Assembly (NCBI RefSeq): GCF_963506605.1
Contig: NC_083281.1
Coordinates: 22,940,001 to 23,004,000, forward strand
DNA: 64,000 bases
DNA from: Zootoca vivipara
Taxonomy: Eukaryota
Direction of reading: 5' to 3'
In this document: positions 24,900-36,900 of the stretch, one piece after another
Layout: each line of letters starts with the position of its first letter
Numbering within the stretch: position 1 is the stretch's first letter
The notes under the pieces: generated by a model
Database searches by the model: none
What the model was told of the DNA's origin: nothing
What the model saw: only the letters and a program-made list of their open reading frames with translations
Program-made: the position numbers and the translations under genes

Positions 24900-25697
24900 G
24901 TGTAAGCCATGCTGACTTGGGCTGATGGGAGCTGTAACCCAACACCTGGAAGGCAATTGGATCCCCGTTCCTGTTTTATAATAATGTCACGTGACTAACC
25001 TGTGGCCTTCTGGATGCTGCTGAACCACAACTCCCATCTTCCCTTTCTATTGGCCATGTTGACTTGGGGTGATGGAAGTTGTAGTCCTTCGACACTGTAG
25101 TCCATCAACATCTGGAGGACCAAAGACTTGTCTGTCATGTGCCATTAAGCATTCAGTGGCAGGTTTAGTAACTGATGTGGTAGCTTCAGCTTTTGGAAAC
25201 CGGAGCTCACTTTGCCTCAGATACGTGACGTAATTTGGAATGCTTCCTAGAGATAAATCCACGGACATAAGTGGAGAAGGGTGTGTAGGAAAGGAAACTA
25301 ATGTATTATCAAACTTTCTACACTGTCTCATGCAGCTGATAGAATCGGAGTCTGGGACTCACATGCTTTTTTCCTAATGTATTAGGTGCTGTGATGCTGC
25401 TATGTTTTTAGCTATTCTTACTTTTGTCTGTAAGCCGCCTTGAGTCCCCGTCAGGGAACAAGGTGGGGTATAAATAAACATACAACAAAAACGATACTTT
25501 TTGCAGATTTCAAAAGTGGCAAACGTCACACCGTTAACACTTTTGGGATTTTCTTATGCGGTTGTCCTTATAAATGCGCATGATTGAAACAGGGGCAGAA
25601 GTTAAGCCTGGTGGAATTGGAGGGATGCGGCCTGGCTCTTTAAGAACAAAGGGCTGGTGTCTATGTGTTTTACTTCCTTCGAAGCAGTGGAGTCAGA

Positions 25698-25711
25698 GCG
25701 CCACCTGGTGG
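25698..25711 (-). promoter_or_regulatory. CTCF consensus motif
   Basis: The minus strand reads CCACCAGGTGGCGC, an exact match to CCASYAGRKGGCRS. Confidence 0.55.
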
Positions 25712-26060
25712 AGGGGAGCTCCATGGCACTTGAGACAATGCAGCAGCCCAGTCCACTTGCTGGTGGAATCGAAAGAGCAGCTTGATGGAAGTATGGAGCC
25801 CCATGAAGCCTGGTCGCTTAGGGTAGGGTGACTGGCACACTGCCCTGCTCACCTCAAATCAGCACCCTGTTGGTCACCACCTTATTCTTATTTATTTATT
25901 TATTAAATTTGTTTACCCGTGGATCTCAGGGCAGTTCACAACCCAGTCTGTCGGGTGACGCGGGCTGTCAGCTGCCTCCTCTTTAGTTTTCAGGGGTTCC
26001 CTGGTACAACTCGGCAGGGAGGTTGGTGTGGGGCAGACCTGGGATTAGTCGGCTCCACCT

Positions 26061-26156
26061 CAGCTGGATAGCTCAGTTGGTTAGAGCGTGGTGCCGATAA
26101 CACTGAGGTTGCAGGTTCGTTTCCCCCTAAGGGACAGCTGCATATTCCTGCATTGC
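26061..26156 (+). mobile_element. tRNA-derived SINE head (Ile-like)
   Basis: A box TAGCTCAGTTGG and a degenerate B box, followed by the SINE body ATATTCCTGCATTGC. Confidence 0.65.
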
Positions 26157-26657
26157 GATGAACATAAGCTGTACACGTGTTCCTTATTAGGAAGCTGCTA
26201 TAGGCTCTGGTTTTGCCTACTGCTGGGCTTCCTTCCTCCTGCCCTACCAATCCCAGTCATTACTGGATGGAGCGATCTGTCTCTCCTCCACCTTGCCTGG
26301 TCACTCGATCTGCATGCAATTCCCGGTCACTTGCGGCGACCAGGCTAGCACTGAATTAGAAGGCTGGGCTAGAAGATCCTGGGCAGCGAAGCGCCCAGTG
26401 GCCTCTGTCTTAATACCTTGCAAAGGAGCTACCCATTGGGGTAGGTAGTACTAGTGGCCCATATGGTTGGAGTCCAGCTCTCATTATCCCTGACCATTTA
26501 CTGGGATCGCAATCTAACAATGCAGTCAGTTTGGTAGAGCACGCAACTCTTAATCTCGGGGCTGTGGGTACCAATCCAAGGTATGGGCTGGAGGTGGAGG
26601 TGGAGGAGGAGGAGGAGAAAGTCATGTTGTGCCTCTAACAGCAGTTTCCCCAGCATG

Positions 26658-26671
26658 CCACTAGAGGGCAG
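26658..26671 (+). promoter_or_regulatory. CTCF consensus motif
   Basis: CCACTAGAGGGCAG is an exact match to the consensus. Confidence 0.55.
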
Positions 26672-27893
26672 GGCCATGCAGTTTCTGAAATAACACCTGC
26701 AAAATTTGCACTTGCAATCCTATTGCTGCATTGGAAGGAGAGGAAATTGCCAAACGAGGCAGTTTCTAATTACGCAGCTCCCCCTTCCACATTTTCTTCT
26801 GTGGTGTAACACTCATATTTCCCTTCTACCATTAATAAAGTTGTTAAGGCATTAACTGTTGTCCTCATGCTCTTGCGAAGTCTCTTGAATATTTCATCTG
26901 GTTTCTTTGGAGCCGTTTAGGTGTGGAAAGCTTTTCTAAAACCCTCAGTTACAAATGGCCATTTATAACCAAGCAAAACACTTTAGCCTGTGAATAACTC
27001 CGTGAAAATTAGTAGCTCACAGCAAAACATAATGCTTAGAATTGAGCCAGTTTGGGGTGTGCTGATTCCAAGGAGGGGGACAAAAATCCCCTGGGAATCG
27101 CATCAGCCATCATTTGGGAGGGTTGCAGATCTGTGTGAAAATGTTCTTTTCAAAATGGGGATAGAAAGCATGGCTCACTCATCTGATCTGATTTGGTGGT
27201 GCTGTCATATTGCAAACCCTAATGGGTCACATGATTCCTGACTGGGCCACTTAGTAAAGAAGAATTTTTCCTTTAAAAAATGTACACAAAGCAGAGAGAG
27301 GCAGCCAAACGAGTGAAAATAAAATAAATGCCCCTGGAAACTTGGCTAGGCTCCAGTTATTCACCTGCCTATGCTGAATCAGTGGCCTCAAAGAATCACC
27401 TACAATTTCCATAGTTCCCTTCATGGAGGAATTCATGGTTAAACTGCTCGGGGAATGGGAAACGGGTATCTCCTGACAACTCTCGGCACTCATAACAAAC
27501 TACAAGCCCCATGATTCTTTGGGCAAAGCCATGTCTGCTTAAAAGTGGTATGAGAATGCTTTAACTGTAACTGCTTCTGTCTGAGGAATTCAGGCAAGGC
27601 ACTATTTTGTCCTTCACCTCAGATACCAAATAGTTCTGTGAAGGCCCTTTTCATCACAGATGAGCTAAACACGCTACTTTTTGCTGTCATTTATTTGTAG
27701 ATGACATAGGGCACACACGCCAAAAGTGATTAAGAACATCTTTTACAAATTGGTTTATTGGTGTTACGTGATCTACGCTACCTGCACCAGGGGCCTCCCA
27801 CCCAGCTTACATTTTTGGGGGACTTTAACTTCTGCCTCTGCTGTAATACCGTCGGCACTGACGAGGCCCTAATTTTAGACACAACCACTAGAG

Positions 27894-28560
27894 CAGGGGT
27901 TCCCAACAAAATTTTCTCGAGGACCCCTCATCAAGCCACTATTGTGACAAGGACCCCCATTAATTCCTAATCCTAAAATTAAAAAGTGAGAGCCAAATTA
28001 AGTCTTTTTATATTTTATATTTATACGTTTTTTACAGTTACAACAGAGTACTCCATCAGTATACAGTTAGTTTTAATTTTCAGTTCTTAATGAGATGAAC
28101 CACTTTTTAACCAACGGTCCATTTTTAACTACGCGAACTGTAGCTTCAGCAAAAAACAACGCTTTGTTTGTAAACACTACTGTTTTGCAAGGAGGCAGCG
28201 CGCGCCAGGGAGGAGGGAGGGGAATGGAGAAGACAGGGTACCTGCGCAGTAGCACACAAATGAAGCTGACGCGTGCAAAGCATCTTGGGGAGGTGAGTGT
28301 TAGTAGAATGTGCGCGCTGCCTCTTTGCAAAATAGTAGTGTTTGTAAAGCGCCACCTAACGGCATACAGCAGAACTACTGCCTCTATCTAATTCTAGTTT
28401 TGCGCTAGACTCTGCTCATGCAGGAAGCGACCAAAACAAAAAATCTGTTATCATACGAAATATATTTAATATATTTTTTATTCTAATAGCATCTTGCGGA
28501 CCCCTCTGGCATAGCTCGCGGACCCCTGGGGGTCCCCGGACCACCTGTTGGGAACCACTG
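27894..28560. mobile_element. Non-autonomous hAT transposon (667 bp)
   Basis: TIRs CAGGGGTTCCCAAC / GTTGGGAACCACTG; perfect 8-bp TSD CACTAGAG. Confidence 0.9.
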
Positions 28561-28694
28561 CACTAGAGCAAAAACTGTGATGGTGACAGAAGCACTTACA
28601 TGGCCGCCGCGCCCCGATTGCCTCCCTCTGAGGACCCCGTTGCTCCTTCCTAGAGCAGCGGAGGAGCTGGACGTGGAGGGCCTCACCTCTGGAT

Positions 28695-29060
28695 TAAATT
28701 TTCTGTTTTTTTCAATTTCAAATACACATTTTACACCCTTAAGATATCAATGACATCGCTTCTTCTCTTTCCATGGTTTATTTTACATATCTCAAATCCT
28801 TGCATATTTTACAAAAACTATACCAATCAGTTTTCCATTATTGCATCCATCAAAACTTACGGTATTTGCACTGTTGAATTTATCTTAATGCTGCCAGTGT
28901 TTTCAGGTGTATACAATTATTTTCCATATATTCAATAAATGACACTTGGGGATTTCAGTCTGAATTATCCCCAAAGTACTTTTTTTTTTTGGGAAAGTAC
29001 TTTTAAATATATTTTTTTCAATCCATTTTAGATCATTTCCCAATACCCTTTTACATGTCC
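28695..29060 (-). mobile_element. L1-clade LINE 3' fragment
   Basis: Reverse-complement similarity to 21.6-22.2 kb. Confidence 0.7.
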
Positions 29061-30927
29061 ACCCCACTGCCTGAGGTCTTTGTCTCAGTCTGCCTAATAG
29101 AAGGGCCGGCCAACTTCTGTAATCCTGCAAGACCACAAGACCCTGCACTGGGTCCCTGACCTGGGTTTACATTTTAAGGCCGCTAGAAAGTGAGTTGGAT
29201 AATTAATGACTGTTGGTCTGTGGCTGCTAAACAGAAACTGTTCTGATGAGGTTTTTCAAGATTGCCCAGACTTCCCAATCCTCGTGTGTTGGCCATGTCG
29301 CAACAATCCAGTTCCTCAGAAATGACATGTTCCAACTTGGTACGGTGAACTCAGTCGTATTTGGATATGATAAACGTTCTCGATTCATGGAAGTGGCATT
29401 GATGACGGGGAGGAAGGGGTGTTGGCCAGATACCCAGGCCCCTGTGTGGATAAGCACATAACAGCATATGAACCACAAGGCAATGAGACTAACCTGCAGG
29501 GAGATCCATTTGTGCCTCTGCAAAAATCAACCACAACTGGTAAGTGTTGGGGTAGAGCTGATCAGCGCTTAAGTCATTTTCAGTAGCATTGGATCGTATC
29601 CTGTTAGGTTTTACTCAGAGCAGACCACTGAAATTAATTTGCATGATTATATTAAGCCCGTTAATTTCAATGGTCTGTTCTGGATAAAACTTAGAAGAAA
29701 TCACCTTCTTTGTTTAATTTAAACCCTGCAAGTGGGGATTTGCAAACTGGCCAATTACAGTTTTCCCGTTTTCCCATTTTTAAATTCAGTTCTCCACATT
29801 TCCACAATGGCCTGCAATTAGAAAACCCAGCAGCATTTTAGTATGTTAGCTTCACTAATAAGCGCATTAGTGAATGTACACTTTAGCATATATGCATTTT
29901 TGTAGAATCGCACTTCAAAATCAAAATGTGGAAGGATGATTGGTTTCCTCAGAGGGTGATTAGTTTTGCCTTCAAATGCAAACTGAATCCAATTTCTCCC
30001 GCTTCCCAAAGCCTTAAGTGAACAGGTACCAGCTGAGTCTGAAATGGACGGCTGTTGCTAGATCAATGTCTTTTATAGATAGCAACTGCTGGGAACTTTC
30101 TCCATGCCAAGTTCTGTAAGGACGGTGATGAAAATTAGCTGGGAAACGGGATTTCCCAGTTGGGGGTGCTGTTAGAGGCTGACCCCCTGGGTCATTTCCA
30201 TGGACTCTCCCTGTTGTAAAACGTAAAAAAAAACAAAAGTTTTATTTTGCTTACAGAGTGTCTGGGGGCACTGCAGATAGGCAAGACCTCAGCAATCCGG
30301 TATCTTAATTTGTCCAGACGCATCTATGCATCTAAAAGGCCCTTTACACTGGTGGTTCCCCTGTTGTGGAATGACCTCCCTAGTGCAGTGTACCTGTTTC
30401 CATTATTACCAACTTCCAGGAGGAATCTGAAAACAGTCCTTTTTACCCAGGCATATTGCTGGCAACCTCGAGATCATTGATTGGAAGCATGTTTTTAATT
30501 GTAACTGCTTTGAGATGTTTTTAACTGCAATTGTTTTTAGAATGTCATCAACTGTTCTAAAAAAATTTTTTTGCATTGTTTTTAAATTGTATATCTGCTT
30601 GCCACCATGGGCTCCTTGGATTGGAAGAGCAGGATATAATTGCAATCATTCAATAAATCGGCGCTTGAATGCAAATTGGTATCATTCGCTTACGGACAGA
30701 GTCATCTGTGCATCTTTGCAGTGCTCTTCCTTCCCATAATAAAAGACCTAACATGCCGGTTTCCCCCTGTTCTTCTCAGCTCTTCCCTTCATCATCTCCT
30801 GTTCTGAAGGTTTCAAACACCCCCTTGCCCAAGCTTCATTCTATGTTTCCGAAGTCAGCTTCCTGACAAGCCCTCACCTCTGAAGCAAGCCAGGTTTGCT
30901 CCTCCTCATCTGAACATCAAAGCTGCC

Positions 30928-33900
30928 ATGAAGTTTCAGTTGTCCCTTGTGATCTTCATATTCTGCCTTGGCGCAGGTAAGTCTCAGGTGTATCTGGCTG
31001 CATGTGCACATTGTGTGATGTGGGAACTGAGTGGGTTGGTCTCTAGAGAGCATCTCTTGGGCCAAGCCCTGCTAACTCCAGCAAGGCTTGCACAGAGGGC
31101 AATTCAGGTGGATGGGGACTAAAATGTCTGAAAGATATGCAGCTATGTAATATATTGCAATTAATTTTCTAGCCCTCTAGAAGTGGACTTTTGTGGTACT
31201 TAGATCACAGGGGAAGGGGCAGAATAGCTTTATCCCCATTACCTTTTGTGTTGTCTCGCTTAGGCTGAAATCCTATATACATTGAAATGAGAGTATGTCC
31301 CATTGAACTCAATAGGACTTCCTGTGTCACCAGCTATAGGAGGGGGTCATAAATATGGCTAAAACTCGTGGGCTGGAGAAAGGGGCTGTTGGGTTTTATT
31401 AAGGGCTCCTCAATTCTGGCTCTCCCCACTCACAACAAAATTTGAGCTTTCAAATTTAGTTTGCAAAAGCCACAGTGAATTTGTTCAACCGCCATATAGC
31501 TAACTTTACAATGCAATCATATGCATGTTACTTTTTTTCTTTTCCCGAAGTAGCACTTACAGTGCTTCCACTTACAGTGCATAAGATTGAAGCCGTCGTT
31601 GAGCCCAGATCCCACCGAGATCAGAGGGGTGGGGTTGAAACATTAGTCGAAGCAGAAGTGGTGGTTGGTTTGCATTGGACTGGTAGGGCAGAAGGCAAGG
31701 AGCCCAACAGTAGGTGGCGCTAGAGCCCAATACAGGAAGAGTCAGAGGCAATGACAGGCAGAGGCAACTAAGTCTGCTTTTGTCCATACCTTTCTTCCTT
31801 CTTAGAGGAATTTGAGACTAAGGAGGAAGAAACTGACAAGCAGTTCAGCTCTCTAGACTGGTTGTACCCTCCGTCTTACCCAGAGCCCTGAAACTGTCCT
31901 CCCTTCCTCCTTACTGTACATCCCATTCCTCCAAATGCCACTTTTAACCCAGTTCCACCTGCCTCTTCCCCCAGTTCCTCCCTTCGCTTCCCCCCCTGTC
32001 CATGGAAGACTACAACTGTCACACGCACACAGGGACCTTTCTTCCTCTCCAAGTCACTTACTACAGATATGGATCATCCAACTTTTTCTTCCTGCCCCTC
32101 TTCCTTTCCCCACCTTTAGAACCTTGGGAGACAGCCCATGAAAGCAGGGTGATGGCAGACCGGTGCAAATATTGTATAAAGAGAAATGTGTCCCTTCAGA
32201 TGCCACAAGCTTATACCGCGATGAAATCAGTTACTGTACCTATATGAACAAGCTACTACTGTACTAGCTATTCTTATGACTTAACATCTCAAAAGCTGGA
32301 AGTGGCCTCTCTGGGCCTCTGAGAGGGCCTGAGCACCCCCACTGCAGGTTAATGTAGCATGGAAAAAGCAGACACTGTCTTTGTGTCTTTCTGCAGCCGA
32401 CAGCTTGACATGCCAGAAGTGCTTGAGCAAGAATGGGAAGTGTGCACAGAACGAAGTGGAGGTTTGTGGCCAGTCTCAAGACGCTTGCTTCATTGAGACC
32501 AAGGACTACGCTGGTTGTAAGTACATACCCTCCATCTTTCCTCCAGTGAAAATAGGGATTTCCCATTCAATACTAATACTAATACTAATAATTGTTTATT
32601 TATACCCCACCCACCTGACTGGGTTGTTCCAGCCACTCTGGGCAGCTTTCAACATATAAACATAATAAAAAAATGTTAAACATTTTTTAAAAGAAAACCC
32701 TTCCCTATAGAGGGCTGCCTTCAGATGCCTTCTAAAGGTTGTATAGTTACTTGGCTTGGGGATCGCATCACCCCATGTCCTCCAACATTTCTCCAATGAA
32801 AATAAGGACATGGTGGCGCTGTGGGTTAAACCACAGAGCCTAGGGCATGCCAATCAGAAGGTCGGCGGTTCGAATCCCCGCAATGGGGTGAGCTCCCGTT
32901 GCTCGGTCCCAGCTCCTGCCAACCTAGCAGTTTGAAAGCATGTCAAAGTGCAAGTAGATAAATACGTACCCATAATTTAAATACTTGCTATAACATAAAA
33001 AATCCCTGTACTTTAAAGTATATCTCATCACAGAGGTGAAAATTGACATGGGGACCTGTGCACCTGCCAGACTGCTCACCAGCGGTGGGGAATTTCAAGG
33101 CCCTACTTATTCTTCTTCTTTGAGTTTATTTACAAAATGATTTGCACTGGACCTGGACCAGACATAACATCCTTTGCATATCTAAAATGATGCTTGCAAT
33201 AGTGCCCTGCTCTGGCAATGGGTTAACTCCTTTCTTTGATCTTCTGTTTGCAGTGGATGCAGGAACGGTGAAACTGGGCTGCGGCGACTCGAATTTGTGC
33301 CGCCGCTATCAGAAAGGGAACAGGGGATCTTTAAGCTGGTCGATGTATTGTTGCTCCTTCGATCTATGCCAGCCTCTGACACGTGATGGTATGTGGTACA
33401 GAATGACCGCTCCCTGCATTAACTGGGGGGTGGTGGCTTTTGTGTGGTCACACGCAGCCCCCCCGGAGACGACTAGACCCCCGTCAAGGTAGCCGGCTTC
33501 GCTGTCCCCCCCCCAAGCTGGATACCTGGAGGTTCCCGCCTAGCCTCGTCGATTAGCCAAACCCGGCTGGGGGGGGGGCCTTGCCAAGGGAGTTGGCCAG
33601 GTAGAGTTAGGACCGCCCACACTCACAATAGAGGGTGTGTCAGGTGTCATTATTCCTCCCGGGGGTCGCCTGGGGCTTGGGGGGTCTCAGCCTGTCCACG
33701 CAAATGGTGCATGCACATGTTGATGTGAACAGAATTTAGCTGTGAGGCTATGTTGGGGGCAGTGATAAACACTTTCATGAAAAAATCACCTCAGTGCTTT
33801 GCCAGTACAGTCATACCTCAGTTTAAGTATGCCTCGGTTTGAGTATTTTTGGTTTAAGTACTCCGCGAACCCGTCTGGAACGGATTAATCCACTTTCCAT

Positions 33901-36900
33901 TTCTTTCAATGGGAAAGTTCGCTTCAGGTTAAGTACAGACTTCCGGAACCAATTGTGTTTCTAAACCGAGGTACCACTGTAACAAACAAACAAACAAACA
34001 AACAAACAAACAAACAAACAAACAAAAATAAATAAGCCTATTCAACTAATTAGTCCTGCTAGTGGACGTCCATGCGAGGACTTCTGCTAGCAGAGTGGGG
34101 CTTCCCTCTCCTCTCCCCTCGTGTGCCCCCTGAAATTGGCTTGGAGCTTGGGGGGTGGGGGAGAGACCCTCAGAATAATATGCAGGGGCAGGAGAGGGAA
34201 TAATGTTCTGTCAGGGGGAGCTGGAATAATAATATAATAATAATTTATAATAATGATATAATATAATGATTTATACCCCACCCATCTGGCTGAGTCTCCC
34301 CAGCCACTCTGGGCGGCTCCCAATCGAACATTAAAACAATACAGCATTAAATATTAAAAGCTTCCCTAAACAGGGCTGCCTTCAGATATCTTTTAAAATT
34401 AGGATAGCTGCTTATTTCCTTGACATTTGATGGAAGGGTGTCCACAGGGTGGGTGCTGCTACCGAGAAGGCCCTCTGTCTGGTTCCCTGTAACCTCGCAA
34501 TGAGGGAACCGCCAGAAGGCGCTCGGAATACTTGTGTTGATGGAAAATTTCCTTAATGAATTCCTAATAATAAAAAGTTGTTGTTGTTGTTATTTTGTTC
34601 TACTTTTTGCACAAGTGTCTCAAAGCAACACACCAATCAGCGTAAAGCAACCTATACAGTAAATGGAAAACAAAACAATTGAAAGCCGAAACCTAATGTG
34701 TTGTATCCGATGCCAGTCCTACTCTGAGTAGACACGCTGAAATTAATGGAGAACTTGCAACCCAACCTCTCCATCCCCCTAACATGCTGTAGGTCTGGCC
34801 ACCACAGAACAGCTCCCCAAGGAAAAAGAAACCGATCACCAACTGCTGCAAAGAAAAAGGTTAACCCTGAAAAGTTATCAGTGTTGGTGCCCGGCAAGCC
34901 TTCATGGGGTTAGCATTCCTTTTTTAAAATTTTTTTAAAAATAGACTTTATTAGAAAGTTTTAAAAAGGTATACACACACTAGAAAATTTAAAGTAACTT
35001 AATAACATAAGATAACTTAGCAACTTAAATAGCATAGCATAACAAAGGTAACATAAATAACCTAACTGCATATTTAAGCCACCCAACATAAATTAATCAA
35101 CATAAATAAACAAATCAAGGTTGATCTAAATAGATTAACTCAATCAAACTACAAATAATAAACAAGATCAACTTAGATAAGCATAACATAACGTAACATA
35201 ACATGACATAACATAACATAACATAACAACATAACGTAATATAACATAACAAAAAAAGAAAAAGAAAATTATCCCCAGATCAGATCTTAACACATGGGCC
35301 TATCTCCATGAAATCCATTCATTTTAGATTAAAATTGGCTTCCAATCGCCAATATATCGCTTCCCTTACTATTGTTTTCCTCTTTAGTTTGCTTTCCCTC
35401 TTATTAAATCCAACTGAATTATTCCTACATGTTTTCTCTATTCCAGACAAATCACTAGCTCTGTTTTGATATTTTCTTTTTAAAAATACTCTTCCACGTA
35501 TCTCCATTCTGTTTTTATTCTCTGTTTTGATATGTTCCTAATTACCGCCGTCATTCTTGCTAGGTTCATGAACTCTACTACTTTAATTTGCCACTCTTGG
35601 ATTGTTGGTATTTCTGTTCCTTTCCATTTCTGAGCTAATACTAATCTCACCGCGGCACACGCATATAAGAAAATATTAATTCTATCTCTAGGTATATTTT
35701 CTGGGATTAGGCTTAGTAGAAAATATTCAGGTTTCTTTTCAAACGTAATTTTTATCATTCTCTTCATTTTTTCATATATATCATTCCAAAATTTATATAT
35801 TTTTTTACATTCCCACCAACAGTGAAAATACGTACCAGTTTTTTCCTGGCACTTCCAGCATTCTTTTGTTTCTGTCTTGTAGATTTTAGCTAGTTTTTCT
35901 GGCGTCAGGTGCCATCTATATACAAGCTTCATCATGTTTTCTTTGATTCCTGAACACGCTGTAAATCTCATTGTCGATCTCCACAATTTATCCCACTGCG
36001 TTTTATAAATTGGTCTTCCTACATCCTGAGCCCATTTTGTCATCACAGATTTTATCTCCTCGTCTTTTAATTCCCATTCTAACAAAAATTTATACATCTT
36101 AGACAATGATTTAGCCGTATTATCAATCAAAATTTCTTGTAATTTAGATTTCCCCTCATTAAATCCTATTTCTTTATGTTTTTTAAATAAACTTTGTATT
36201 TGTAGGTAATGTAGCCAGCTCATGGGGTTAGCATTCCATAGACTACAGAAAAGGCCTATTCTCTCATCATCACACATCATCTGCCAGAGGGAACACACAG
36301 AGAAGGGCCTCCAATTAGGGGATGTGACAGAGCCGGCCCACCCATGAGGCAGGGTGAAGAGTCCGCCTCAGGTGGCAGAAGTGCAAGAGGCGGCATTCTG
36401 CCCTCCCCACCTCTTCTGCTGCCAAGAGGGAGGTGTTACAGCGCACAGTGTTGCTGCTTATCTTCCCCAGGTGGAATGCTCTGAGGAGCACCCTGGCTCC
36501 TGCTGAGTTTGGTGACAGCCAGGGTGTTCCTGCACGCCATGTTGCTGATCAGCTGACCCCTCCGGGGGGGGGGGGAGGAGCCAAATGGCAATGCTCTGAG
36601 GAGTGCTCTGGCTTTTGCCAAGTTTGCTGAGAGCTGGGAAGAGGCGGCAGAAGTGGTGGGCATATGGGTGAGAGGGGGCGGTAGGCGGCAATTCCCATTT
36701 TGCCTCAGGTGGTGAAATGGACTGGAATCTGATGATCTGTGTCTCTCTCCCTGCTACTCACTGTTGCTTCCAACAGTTCACGGAAATGGATCAAAGAATG
36801 GAGTGCAGTGTCAAACCTGCATCGGGAGCGCAGCTGAATGTGGCCGCAATGCGCCCACAGGGCCATGCTATGGGAGTGAAGACCACTGTGTGCAGATCTC

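Noticed and set aside
26061-26590. tRNA genes (also 32808, 41830, 45050)
   Set aside because: Stems and B boxes are degenerate and the sequences continue into SINE bodies; they are SINE heads.
35480-36298. 272-aa ORF as a host gene
   Set aside because: It is an L1 ORF2 C-terminus with its own 3' UTR and poly(A) tail.
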